From Bacteroidota bacterium (lineage in GTDB: Bacteria > Bacteroidota > Ignavibacteria > 0-14-0-80-59-12): a DNA stretch of 64,000 nt. A program made the translations under genes and the position numbers. The stretch lies in assembly GCA_049973045.1 (NCBI GenBank), contig JBMFJZ010000001.1, forward strand, positions 120,073-184,072, read 5' to 3'. This document shows positions 1-9,078 of this stretch, one piece after another (the stretch's first letter is position 1; every line of letters starts with the position of its first letter). A model generated the notes under the pieces. The model did not search any database. It was not told where the DNA came from and was given only the letters and a program-made list of their open reading frames with translations.

Positions 1-112
1 TGTACACAATTTTCCCGCTCAGCTCCCAGTTTGGACTGACGGGGTTCTCGGCTTTCTTACAGGAAGAAATAGAAAGAAAAATAAGTGCGGCTACCAATAT
101 CTCTTTTCTCAT
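1..112 (-). CDS. 5' end (partial) of a second copy of the TolB-like lipoprotein gene
   Basis: ATG at 112..110 reads MRKEILVAALIFLSISSCKKAENPVSPNWELSGKIVY, identical to the start of 642..1697; continues beyond the window. Confidence 0.8.
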   Translation of the reverse strand, partial: MRKEILVAALIFLSISSCKKAENPVSPNWELSGKIVY

Positions 113-168
113 AGCGTGCCTCCAGGATGCATCTTCAGAAATTTACAAAAAAACATTGTGGTCTCAAG
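1..168. repeat. Direct repeat copy 1 (matches 1586..1753); runs off the window's left edge
   Basis: Identical to 1586.. over the first 136 nt; 4 mismatches (137, 157, 161, 163), all in the upstream non-coding part. Confidence 0.95.
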
Positions 169-598
169 TTCGCAAAAATGGCAAATCTGAAACCCCATTC
201 AGTATCAAGAACGCCTGTGATGATGGATTAGAGCCACCGTACTGAGCGGTGAAGGTTAGCGAGGCGGGGTTGACTTTAATAGGTAGTTGGTAATAGTAGC
301 GGGGGTAATAGACACCCGGTCCGGGTGGGCTGTCTGTATCCACGCAATATCTTGTACCTCTGTATGGATAGCACAATAACCCTGCTCGTGTTTTGTCCAC
401 GCACTGCCTCACAGCAATGGTGATTTCGGTCGTACATGCTGAAGGGATGTAGTACGACGTTGTGCTCCCGCACCAGGCGCCATCTATTCCACTTTCGCAA
501 CAAGCAGACGATGGCTTGTTCTGTGCGTGCGCTACGCGCAAGTAGAACGCTCCCCACATGATCAAGGCGACTGCACAAAAAATGTGTGAGAGCCTCAT
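164..598 (-). CDS. Secreted Cys-rich protein ending in the start of a BACON-like domain; probably truncated
   Basis: Signal peptide ending AHA; 7 Cys in mature N-terminal part; VNPASLTFTAQYGGSNPSSQ resembles BACON domain starts; RBS AGGAGG upstream; stop codon lies inside the repeat. Confidence 0.6.
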   Translation of the reverse strand: MRLSHIFCAVALIMWGAFYLRVAHAQNKPSSACCESGIDGAWCGSTTSYYIPSACTTEITIAVRQCVDKTRAGLLCYPYRGTRYCVDTDSPPGPGVYYPRYYYQLPIKVNPASLTFTAQYGGSNPSSQAFLILNGVSDLPFLRT

Positions 599-641
599 TG
601 TGTGATCCTCCTAATGGGTTAAGAATCTTTGGTTATTAGAT

Positions 642-1697
642 TTATCTTATCCATTGACAGTAGTGAAGTTCCTCTATTAGAGCTGATGAGGATGCATCAA
701 CGGCAGCAACTTTTCTAAGATCCGTACCATCCGGCCGTACTACATAGAGGCAATAACCTTCGTCGGGTGGTTTGCGCGAAAAGATGGCAATATATTTCCC
801 GTCCGGCGATGGAGTAGCGGCAAGGTTGCCAGCAAAACTACCCGAGATCAAACGGCCTGAGCCCCCCACATCGGGGGAGATAAGACAAACACCATACTTA
901 TACTTTGTAGTGTCGGAACTGAGAACGCATCGGCAGAGCAAATCACCGTTAGGCATCCAACTGAGAAACCGCTCGCAATTTTCCAATAGACGTGGAATTC
1001 TCTCATCGACGTCAATAACGCAAACGCCATTGACGCCGTATTTTGAGTAAGCAATTTTTCGCCCATCGGGGGACCACAGAAGCATCTGCCAGAAAAGCAA
1101 AGTGTCCAATGTCGTTATACCTGAATCATGGAGGGAGATAGTCCTAAGGCTGAAACTGTTAGACCCAGTGGAGTCCCACTTCCAAAGATAAGCGATTCTT
1201 TCTCCTGAAGGCGACCAACTGGGATTCGCCGCCGTGCTCCAGCGCGCAGAATCAGTAACAGCATGGATGTCGGTACCGTCCTGATTCATCACATAAAGTG
1301 AGAAGAGGATTTTTCTCGGCTCCCAGCCATGAAAAACTACTTTACGTCCATCCGGAGACCAATCCGGAGCGCTCTCGGAAACCCATGTCCGATTGGTAAG
1401 ATTTCTCATTCCACTTCCATCCACATTGATTCTGTAAATATCGAACGACCCAGCAGGTGAGATCTTTGAAAAAGCAACGGTCTTTCCATCCGGGGAGACA
1501 ACCGGCTCACCAGCTTCATCAACGAGAAGTCTTGGCACAGGATTTGAACCACTCAAATCAAGCAGATAAATTGACGTCCCCGTACTGTACACAATTTTCC
1601 CGCTCAGCTCCCAGTTTGGACTGACGGGGTTCTCGGCTTTCTTACAGGAAGAAATAGAAAGAAAAATAAGTGCGGCTACCAATATCTCTTTTCTCAT
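642..1697 (-). CDS. TolB-like (PD40/WD40-like) beta-propeller lipoprotein
   Basis: Lipobox-like ISSC; repeated SPDG/WSPDG blades; GGAGG RBS. Confidence 0.85.
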   Translation of the reverse strand: MRKEILVAALIFLSISSCKKAENPVSPNWELSGKIVYSTGTSIYLLDLSGSNPVPRLLVDEAGEPVVSPDGKTVAFSKISPAGSFDIYRINVDGSGMRNLTNRTWVSESAPDWSPDGRKVVFHGWEPRKILFSLYVMNQDGTDIHAVTDSARWSTAANPSWSPSGERIAYLWKWDSTGSNSFSLRTISLHDSGITTLDTLLFWQMLLWSPDGRKIAYSKYGVNGVCVIDVDERIPRLLENCERFLSWMPNGDLLCRCVLSSDTTKYKYGVCLISPDVGGSGRLISGSFAGNLAATPSPDGKYIAIFSRKPPDEGYCLYVVRPDGTDLRKVAAVDASSSALIEELHYCQWIR

Positions 1698-1753
1698 AGC
1701 GTGCCTCCAGGATGCATCTTCGGAAATTTACAAAAAAACATCGTGATGTCAAG
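1586..1753. repeat. Direct repeat copy 2 (matches 1..168): promoter, RBS and lipoprotein N-terminus
   Basis: Direct sequence comparison, offset 1585. Confidence 0.95.
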
Positions 1754-1808
1754 CATCCAAGCATCACATAAAGCGCATCTCTGTGTTAGCGAACGATCAA
1801 CTGAGCGT

Positions 1809-1837
1809 TTGCTTTTCAAGCAATGCTTTGGTATATT
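1809..1837 (+). promoter_or_regulatory. Putative sigma70 promoter of glmS
   Basis: TTGCTT-17 nt-TATATT, 35 nt before the ATG; same pattern at three tRNA genes. Confidence 0.6.
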
Positions 1838-1872
1838 AATCATAACTTGTTTAATTACAAACAATTATAGCT

Positions 1873-3708
1873 ATGTGCGGTATCATCGGTTATGCCGGAT
1901 ATCGACCCGTCTTTCCGATTCTCCTCGAAGGATTGAAGCGACTAGAGTATCGGGGGTATGACTCCGCAGGAATTGCAACTATCCTTGGTAATCATCTCTT
2001 GATTCACAAGAAAGCTGGCAAGGTGAGCCAATTGGGCTCGACGGCGCCTGCCGATTTTCAAAAAGCAACTATTGGTATTGGTCATACACGATGGGCAACG
2101 CATGGAGAACCCTCCGACTTGAATGCACACCCACATTTTGACTGTTCAAGAGAGATCGCTCTGGTTCACAATGGTATCATCGAGAATCATGCAGCTATTC
2201 GCGAGAAACTGGAATTGGAGGGTCATGGGTTCCGCACGCAAACCGATACAGAGGCGCTTGTTCATCTTATCGAAGAGATGGTTCACCATACCGGCGATCT
2301 TTTTGAAGCAGTGCGCTTGGCACTCCATGAAGTGACGGGGACCTATGGTATTGCAGTCATAAGTTCTCTGGAACCAGAGAAGCTCATTGCTGCTCGCCGA
2401 GGAAGCCCTCTTGTCCTTGGCGTTGGTGATGGGGAATTCTTCATCGCTTCTGACCCCGCTGCGATTATTGCCTATACCCGCCAGGTAATTTACCTGGAGG
2501 ATGGGGAAATTGCCTGCATTACTCCTGATGGATACACAATGCGGACATCAGATGATGAGGAAATTGTCAAGAAAGTTGAAGAGATCTCCCTTGAGCTTGC
2601 GCAAATTGAAAAAGGCGGTTATGAGCATTTCATGTTGAAGGAAATTCATGAACAGCCTGAAACCATCACAAATGCTCTTCGCGGACGTTTGATTGAAGAA
2701 GAAGGAACATCTCGCCTGGGAGGTCTTCGTCATCTGAGAGATCGTATTCTCAATGCAGATCGATTTATCATCACAGCATGCGGTACGTCGTGGCATGCAG
2801 GGTTGGTTGGTGAATACATGCTTGAGCAGTACGCACGCATTCCTGTTGAGGTGGAGTACGCTTCTGAATTTCGTTATCGTGATCCGATTCTTACTCCCAA
2901 TGATGTCGTATGGCTTATCAGTCAAAGCGGAGAGACAGCAGACACTGTTGCAGCATTGCGCGAAGCTCGAGCTCATGGGGCGACGGTCGTCGGGATTGTT
3001 AATGTGGTTGGAAGCACCATTGCTCGTGAGAGCGATGGTGGTGTTTATATCCATGCAGGGCCGGAAATTGGTGTTGCATCTACGAAAGCGTTCACGTCGC
3101 AGTTGGCGGTTCTTGCATTGATCACACTTATGTTGGGTCGTGCACGAGGTATCATTGACCGTGTGCAGGGACAACTCATCATCAGAGAATTACAAGCATT
3201 GCCAAAAAAGGTTGAAAGAATCTTCACACAGGAGCAAATTCTCAGGGAGATCGCGGATGAATTTCAGTCGACAAAGAATTTCCTCTACCTTGGTCGCGGA
3301 TACAATTTTCCCGTCGCACTGGAAGGTGCCTTGAAATTGAAAGAGATTTCCTACATTCACGCTGAAGGATATCCGGCTGCGGAGATGAAGCATGGTCCTA
3401 TAGCGCTTATTGATGAGAATATGCCAGTTGTTTTCATCACTCCGCGTGATGGAACGTATGAGAAAGTGCTCAGCAACATTCAGGAGGTGAAGGCTCGGAA
3501 GGGCAGGATTATCGCTGTTGCTGATGAAGATGATGATCAAATCAGTGGACTTGTAGATTTTGTCATTCGCGTTCCTCATACGTTGGATTTCCTCACACCT
3601 ATCCTCACAATTGTTCCACTTCAGCTCCTCGCATACTACATTGCCATTCGCCGTGGTTGTGACGTTGACCAGCCGCGGAACCTCGCGAAGAGCGTCACTG
3701 TGGAATGA
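1873..3708 (+). CDS. glmS: Glutamine--fructose-6-phosphate aminotransferase
   Basis: MCGIIG, HTRWATHG, SQSGET, C-terminal PRNLAKSVTVE. Confidence 0.99.
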   Translation: MCGIIGYAGYRPVFPILLEGLKRLEYRGYDSAGIATILGNHLLIHKKAGKVSQLGSTAPADFQKATIGIGHTRWATHGEPSDLNAHPHFDCSREIALVHNGIIENHAAIREKLELEGHGFRTQTDTEALVHLIEEMVHHTGDLFEAVRLALHEVTGTYGIAVISSLEPEKLIAARRGSPLVLGVGDGEFFIASDPAAIIAYTRQVIYLEDGEIACITPDGYTMRTSDDEEIVKKVEEISLELAQIEKGGYEHFMLKEIHEQPETITNALRGRLIEEEGTSRLGGLRHLRDRILNADRFIITACGTSWHAGLVGEYMLEQYARIPVEVEYASEFRYRDPILTPNDVVWLISQSGETADTVAALREARAHGATVVGIVNVVGSTIARESDGGVYIHAGPEIGVASTKAFTSQLAVLALITLMLGRARGIIDRVQGQLIIRELQALPKKVERIFTQEQILREIADEFQSTKNFLYLGRGYNFPVALEGALKLKEISYIHAEGYPAAEMKHGPIALIDENMPVVFITPRDGTYEKVLSNIQEVKARKGRIIAVADEDDDQISGLVDFVIRVPHTLDFLTPILTIVPLQLLAYYIAIRRGCDVDQPRNLAKSVTVE

Positions 3709-3748
3709 GAAGGTTTGAGAACATGCCTTGAGCATTTTATGCTCTGTG

Positions 3749-3763
3749 CCCGCCATAGGCGGG
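3749..3763. repeat. REP-like palindrome CCCGCC-ATA-GGCGGG
   Basis: Perfect hairpin; core CCGCC-N3-GGCGG also at 20361 and 52631. Confidence 0.55.
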
Positions 3764-3953
3764 ATGGAGTTGGAAATTGCAAATCGGGGATTTTAAGATG
3801 GAGAGAAGGGCAAGTGATCTTTCTGATCGATTATTAGAGTATCTTGTATCCACGAAGTTGCGGAACGTCATCTAACAAAGCTCCGCTTATCCTTTGGGAA
3901 AATCTACTCGTGGCAGCCTTTCTGAATGCAAGCCAATAAAGTATGGGGGTTCT

Positions 3954-5282
3954 ATGAATCGTCGTAAAGTTCTCATCATGGGGGCAGCTGGTCGGGATTT
4001 CCATAATTTTAATACAGTCTATCGTGATAATGAATTCTATGAGGTTGTTGCTTTCACTGCAACGCAAATACCGAATATTGAAGGGCGAAAATATCCTGCT
4101 GTGCTTGCCGGAGGGCTCTATCCGGAAGGTATACCAATCTATCCTGAATCGGAATTGGTGGACTTGATCAAAAAATTTGGTGTTGACGAGGTTGTATTTT
4201 CGTACTCTGATGTCTCGTTTCAGTACGTCATGGAACGCGCATCGCTGGCGATGGCAGCAGGTGCGGATTTCCGTTTGCTCGGAACAAGGCATACAATGTT
4301 GAAAGCCTCTGTTCCTGTAGTTGCCGTGGTGGCAATCCGGACTGGGTGCGGGAAGAGCCAAACTTCAAGGAAGGTTGCCAGACTTCTACGGGAGCAGGGG
4401 TTGCGTGTTGTGGCAGTCCGTCACCCCATGCCGTACGGTGACCTTGTCAAGCAGCGGATTCAGCGCTTCGGCACGATTGATGACTTGAAGAAGAACCATT
4501 GCACGGTTGAAGAGATGGAAGAGTATGAACCTCACATCATTCATGGCACAATTGTCTATGCAGGGGTTGACTATGAAGCCATTCTCCGAGAAGCTGAAAA
4601 AGAAGCTGACGTCATTGTGTGGGATGGCGGAAACAACGATATGCCGTTTTTCCGTCCAGATCTTATCATTACGGTCACCGATCCTCATCGCCCCGGTCAT
4701 GAACTTACGTATTACCCGGGCGAAACAAATTTGCGGATGGCGAATGTTGTTGTGATCAACAAGGTAGAAACAGCTCAGCCGGAAAACGTGAACATCGTTC
4801 GTGAAAATATCCGCCGGGTGAATCCATCGGCTACTATCGTGGAAGCCGCATCACCGATCAGGATAGACGATGAAAGGGCAATTCGCGGTAAACGTGTTCT
4901 CGTTGTTGAGGATGGTCCAACTCTTACGCACGGTGGGATGTCATACGGTGCTGGAATTCTGGCAGCAAAGAAATACGGCGCTGCAGAGATTGTAGATCCG
5001 CGCCCTTACGCTGTGAAATCAATTGCGGAGACATTTCAAAAATATCCAAACACAGGCTCACTTCTCCCGGCAATGGGATATGGGACTGAACAGGTTCGGG
5101 ATCTTGAGAAAACAATCAACCGCGTTCCATGCGATACGGTGATCATCGGTACGCCTGTCGACCTTCGCCGGGTGATTTCAATTAACAAACCAACTGTGCG
5201 CGTGACGTACGATCTCGAAGAGATTACGAAACCAGATCTTCGAGAGATTCTTAAGAATTTTATAGGTACGTTTCGACACTAA
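3954..5282 (+). CDS. arcE: Arginine synthetase-like P-loop protein (usually annotated predicted GTPase / cyclic 2,3-diphosphoglycerate synthase-like)
   Basis: GAAGRDFHNFN and FTATQIP N-terminus, P-loop GCGKSQT, WDGGNND, EDGPTLTHGGM; followed by OTC and carbamate kinase. ATG 3954 chosen over TTG 3894. Confidence 0.8.
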   Translation: MNRRKVLIMGAAGRDFHNFNTVYRDNEFYEVVAFTATQIPNIEGRKYPAVLAGGLYPEGIPIYPESELVDLIKKFGVDEVVFSYSDVSFQYVMERASLAMAAGADFRLLGTRHTMLKASVPVVAVVAIRTGCGKSQTSRKVARLLREQGLRVVAVRHPMPYGDLVKQRIQRFGTIDDLKKNHCTVEEMEEYEPHIIHGTIVYAGVDYEAILREAEKEADVIVWDGGNNDMPFFRPDLIITVTDPHRPGHELTYYPGETNLRMANVVVINKVETAQPENVNIVRENIRRVNPSATIVEAASPIRIDDERAIRGKRVLVVEDGPTLTHGGMSYGAGILAAKKYGAAEIVDPRPYAVKSIAETFQKYPNTGSLLPAMGYGTEQVRDLEKTINRVPCDTVIIGTPVDLRRVISINKPTVRVTYDLEEITKPDLREILKNFIGTFRH

Positions 5283-5313
5283 GTTGAAACTATCATCTGA
5301 ACAGGAGGATTCT

Positions 5314-6246
5314 GTGCGTACTAAAGATTTCATATCAATTCATGATCTAACCGTTGACGAATTTCGTTATATTTTCGACCTTGCTCGTGACATAAAGAGG
5401 CATCCGGAGGTCTATGCATCGTCCCTCAAAGGGAAAACGCTCGCAATGATCTTTGAGAAGCCCTCGCTTCGGACTCGGGTGACGTTCGAAGTTGGGATCC
5501 AGCAACTTGGTGGATTTGCTGTTTACCTTTCGCCGTCGGATATTTCGCTTGGAAAGCGTGAATCAGTTGCAGATGTGGCTAGGAATCTTTCACGCTGGGT
5601 TGATGCGATTATGATTCGTACATTTGGACATACTATTTGCACTGAGCTTGCGAAGCATGCTTCGGTTCCCGTCATTAATGGCTTGACCGATTTGCTGCAC
5701 CCATGTCAAGCAATGGCTGACTATTTTACGATGATGGAAATCAAAGGTTCGCTCAAAGGACTTTCAGTAGTGTTCATCGGCGATGGAAATAATGTCGCTC
5801 ACTCGTTGATGTTTGGTGCAGCAAAGTCAGGCGCTTTTCTTACCGTTGCAACGCCACGCGGCTATGAGCCAAAGAAAGAGATTGTTGACTTGGCTATGGA
5901 AGATGCAAAGGCGACCGGTGCTCAAATCCACCTTCTCAATGATCCAAGAGAAGCAATTCGTGGTGCCGATGTCGTTTATACTGATGTATGGGCAAGCATG
6001 GGACAGGAGGCAGAAGCCCACACGCGTCGAAGAGTGTTTGCTCCGTATCAGGTGAATGCTGATTTGATGAAGCTTGCAAAGCCTGATGCGATTTTCATGC
6101 ATTGTTTGCCAGCCCACCGTGGAGAGGAGGTTACCGATGAAGTAATTGATTCCCCGCAGTCTGTTGTGTATGATGAAGCAGAAAATCGTCTTCATGTGCA
6201 GAAAGCGATCATGGTTGATCTGATGAAAGAGCATCGAGGACAGTGA
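5314..6246 (+). CDS. arcB: Ornithine carbamoyltransferase
   Basis: FEKPSLRT, HPCQ, DVWASMG, HCLP; GTG start after GGAGG. Confidence 0.92.
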   Translation: MRTKDFISIHDLTVDEFRYIFDLARDIKRHPEVYASSLKGKTLAMIFEKPSLRTRVTFEVGIQQLGGFAVYLSPSDISLGKRESVADVARNLSRWVDAIMIRTFGHTICTELAKHASVPVINGLTDLLHPCQAMADYFTMMEIKGSLKGLSVVFIGDGNNVAHSLMFGAAKSGAFLTVATPRGYEPKKEIVDLAMEDAKATGAQIHLLNDPREAIRGADVVYTDVWASMGQEAEAHTRRRVFAPYQVNADLMKLAKPDAIFMHCLPAHRGEEVTDEVIDSPQSVVYDEAENRLHVQKAIMVDLMKEHRGQ

Positions 6247-7203
6247 ATGCCGAAGTTAGCCCTCATTGCTATCGGTGGCAATTCATTGATTCGCGCGGGA
6301 GAGCGCGGAACAATTGCCGAGCAGCGTGAGAATGCTATTTTGACGGCGCGGTATATTGCAGAGCTGATCCGACATGACTATTTCATTGTTCTTACCCATG
6401 GCAACGGGCCTCAAGTTGGTGCGCAGCTTTTGCGTTCGGAATTGGCTTCTACACAGGTGTACCCTGAGCCACTTGACGTTTGCGTCGCTGATACACAGGG
6501 TTCCATTGGATACGTGTTAGAACACGCGTTGCAACGGGCACTTGATGAAGCGAAGATACGTATTCCTATCGCGACAATTATCACGCAGGTCGTTGTTGAT
6601 GAGCACGACCCCGCTTTTTCTCAGCCGACGAAACCTGTAGGTCCATTTTATTCAGAGGAGGAAGCACGACGTAGGGAACGGGAGTACCAATGGAAGATGG
6701 TTGAAGATGCTGCACGTGGATACCGCCGCGTTGTCCCATCCCCGGAACCATTGGAAATTGTTGAGATCGAGGCAATTCGAAGTCTCGTGCTTGACGGCTA
6801 TATCGTTATTGCCGCGGGTGGTGGGGGCATCCCTGTTGTTCGACGCGATGGATACCTCGTGGGAGTGGAGGCAGTTATTGACAAGGATCGAGCTTCGGCA
6901 TTGCTTGCCCGCATGCTCAGTGTCGATACATTCATCATTTCCACCGACGCCGAGAAAGTGTATCTCAATTATAAAAAGCCTGGACAAACGGCGCTTCACT
7001 ACATTACCGCTTCTGAAGCTCAGCGATATTATGACGAGGGGCATTTTCCGCCGGGAAACATGGGACCGAAGATCGCTTCTGCAATTCGTTTCCTGCAAGA
7101 TGGTGGGAAAGAAGTCATTATCACCTCGCCTGAACATTTGCTTGATGCAGTTCTCGGGAAGACCGGAACACATATTTCTGTTGATCAAGGAGGCAGGCGA
7201 TGA
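6247..7203 (+). CDS. arcC: Carbamate kinase
   Basis: IAIGGNSL, THGNGPQVG, PTKPVG, GGGGIPV, VIDKD, GNMGPK. Confidence 0.97.
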   Translation: MPKLALIAIGGNSLIRAGERGTIAEQRENAILTARYIAELIRHDYFIVLTHGNGPQVGAQLLRSELASTQVYPEPLDVCVADTQGSIGYVLEHALQRALDEAKIRIPIATIITQVVVDEHDPAFSQPTKPVGPFYSEEEARRREREYQWKMVEDAARGYRRVVPSPEPLEIVEIEAIRSLVLDGYIVIAAGGGGIPVVRRDGYLVGVEAVIDKDRASALLARMLSVDTFIISTDAEKVYLNYKKPGQTALHYITASEAQRYYDEGHFPPGNMGPKIASAIRFLQDGGKEVIITSPEHLLDAVLGKTGTHISVDQGGRR

Positions 7204-8126
7204 AACTCCGACACGTCATTGAATCCCAGCAGTTCACGCTGCCGATGCTCATGGAGCTTTTCGCTCTCGCCGGACAAATGGAAAAGATTCTTGCTCGCGG
7301 TGGCACACAGGATTATCAATCAAAGATCATGGCGTCGTTGTTTTATGAGCCTTCAACGAGGACAAGATTTTCCTTCGAGTCGGCAATGCTCCGTCTTGGC
7401 GGACGTGTTCTTTCCACAGAGAATGCAAAAGTATTTTCTTCTGTCACTGCAGGCGAAACGCTGGAGGATACGGTTCGCGTTCTCAATAATTTTGCGGATG
7501 TTATTGTTCTTCGGCATGATGAAGTTGGGGGTGCTAAGCGCGCCGCTGCAGTTTCCTCAGTTCCTATTATCAACGCCGGAGACGGGAAGGGAGGACAGCA
7601 TCCGACCCAAGCGCTACTGGATTTGTACACTATCTACAAGGAGCGAGGTGCTATTGAAGGATTAAAGATCGCCATTGTTGGGGACCTTGCAAATGGTCGT
7701 ACGGCGCGATCACTTTCTTATCTGCTCGGTAAGTTCGATCGAGTTATGATCTACTTTGTTGCTCCAGCCGAGCTGCAAATGCGCTCCGACCTGCTTGATC
7801 ACCTCTCTGAACACAATGTCTGGTTTACATTAGAATCGGATTTGCCAAAGGTTATCTCTGAAGTTGATGTGGTGTATCAAACACGGATTGAGAAGGAACG
7901 GCTTGGGGTGCATGCCAATGACTACGAAGCTATCGCCCGGTCATATTTCCTGGATCGGTCGATGGTTGAGAAAATGAAACCGGATTCCATCATTCTACAC
8001 CCCTTGCCGCGACTTAATGAGATTTCTCCGGAAGTCGATGCCGATCATCGAGCCGCATATTTTCGGCAAGTGCGCAATGGGATTGCCGTGCGGATGGCGA
8101 TCTTAGCTATGGTGTTGGAGAGTTGA
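7200..8126 (+). CDS. pyrB: Aspartate carbamoyltransferase-like protein (plant-type) with non-canonical active-site residues
   Basis: FYEPSTRT, HPTQ, GDLANGRT, HPLPR; but SSVTAGE (no Lys84) and TRIEKER (Glu at Gln231). Confidence 0.75.
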   Translation: MKLRHVIESQQFTLPMLMELFALAGQMEKILARGGTQDYQSKIMASLFYEPSTRTRFSFESAMLRLGGRVLSTENAKVFSSVTAGETLEDTVRVLNNFADVIVLRHDEVGGAKRAAAVSSVPIINAGDGKGGQHPTQALLDLYTIYKERGAIEGLKIAIVGDLANGRTARSLSYLLGKFDRVMIYFVAPAELQMRSDLLDHLSEHNVWFTLESDLPKVISEVDVVYQTRIEKERLGVHANDYEAIARSYFLDRSMVEKMKPDSIILHPLPRLNEISPEVDADHRAAYFRQVRNGIAVRMAILAMVLES

Positions 8127-8179
8127 GTTTTTTGAAGAAAAATTATATCTTAAATAATTCCGATATATAGGAGGGACGC

Positions 8180-9016
8180 GTGGTGGAGAATCACCCAAAA
8201 CTTTGGGCTCTCATTCTGGGAGCTTCCAGTGGATTTGGTGAAGCGACAGCAATTGAGCTGTCGAAGATAGGATACAACGTTTTCGGAGTTCATCTCGATC
8301 GGGCAGCAACAATGTCGAATGTGGACCGAATCATCTCCGAGATCACATCGGTAGGATCGGAGGCCGTATTTTATAACGTGAACGCTGCTGATCCGTCGAA
8401 ACGGGAAGAGGTTCTAGATGACATTGCGAATCGCCTTGGGAAGAACCCCGATGCTCATATAAAGGTGTTCTTACACTCTCTCGCCTTTGGGACATTGAAG
8501 CCATTCATTGCGGATGATCCGAAGGACGCAATCACTCAGGCTCAACTGGAGATGACCCTTGATGTGATGGCGAACAGTCTTGTCTACTGGGTTCAAGGGC
8601 TACTACAGAGGAAATTGATGCGACGGGGCGGACGCATTTTTGCAATGACAAGTACCGGAGGCCATACAGTGATGCCGTTCTATGGTGGGGTTTCTGCGGC
8701 GAAGGCAGCGCTTGAATCCCATATCAGGCAACTTGCAATGGAATTGGGTCCACTTGATATTACTGCAAACGCAATCATGGCGGGGGTGACTGATACGCCA
8801 GCACTCCGGAAGATCCCTGGCGGACTCAGGCTATTGAAGGGGGCGGAGTATAAGAATCCCCATGGGCGACCCACTAAGCCCGAAGATGTTGCAAAAGCTA
8901 TTGCGATCTTAAGTGATGACCGATCGTACTGGATTTCTGGCAATGTGATCAAGGTGGATGGTGGAGAAGATATTGTCGGTTTCGTTGCGCGTGAAGGTCC
9001 TATCCACATCGATTGA
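8180..9016 (+). CDS. SDR oxidoreductase, FabL-like enoyl-ACP reductase
   Basis: GASSGFG, YGGVSAAKAALE, TDTPAL, VDGG. Confidence 0.8.
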   Translation: MVENHPKLWALILGASSGFGEATAIELSKIGYNVFGVHLDRAATMSNVDRIISEITSVGSEAVFYNVNAADPSKREEVLDDIANRLGKNPDAHIKVFLHSLAFGTLKPFIADDPKDAITQAQLEMTLDVMANSLVYWVQGLLQRKLMRRGGRIFAMTSTGGHTVMPFYGGVSAAKAALESHIRQLAMELGPLDITANAIMAGVTDTPALRKIPGGLRLLKGAEYKNPHGRPTKPEDVAKAIAILSDDRSYWISGNVIKVDGGEDIVGFVAREGPIHID

Positions 9017-9078
9017 TCGCTCTTGGTTATGTATTCTCCAAGAACTTCGCTATGTCTTCATAAATGGAACGAAAGGAT

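Noticed and set aside
1754-1872. glmS ribozyme
   Set aside because: The putative promoter leaves only about 30 nt of leader and no ribozyme core is visible.
3670-3950. Tn7 insertion at attTn7 downstream of glmS
   Set aside because: No transposon ends or tns genes; the arc operon follows directly, so the site is empty.
5314-6246. Acetyl/succinyl-ornithine transcarbamylase because of the SLRT motif
   Set aside because: DVWASMG and HCLPAHRG are the ordinary OTC signatures.
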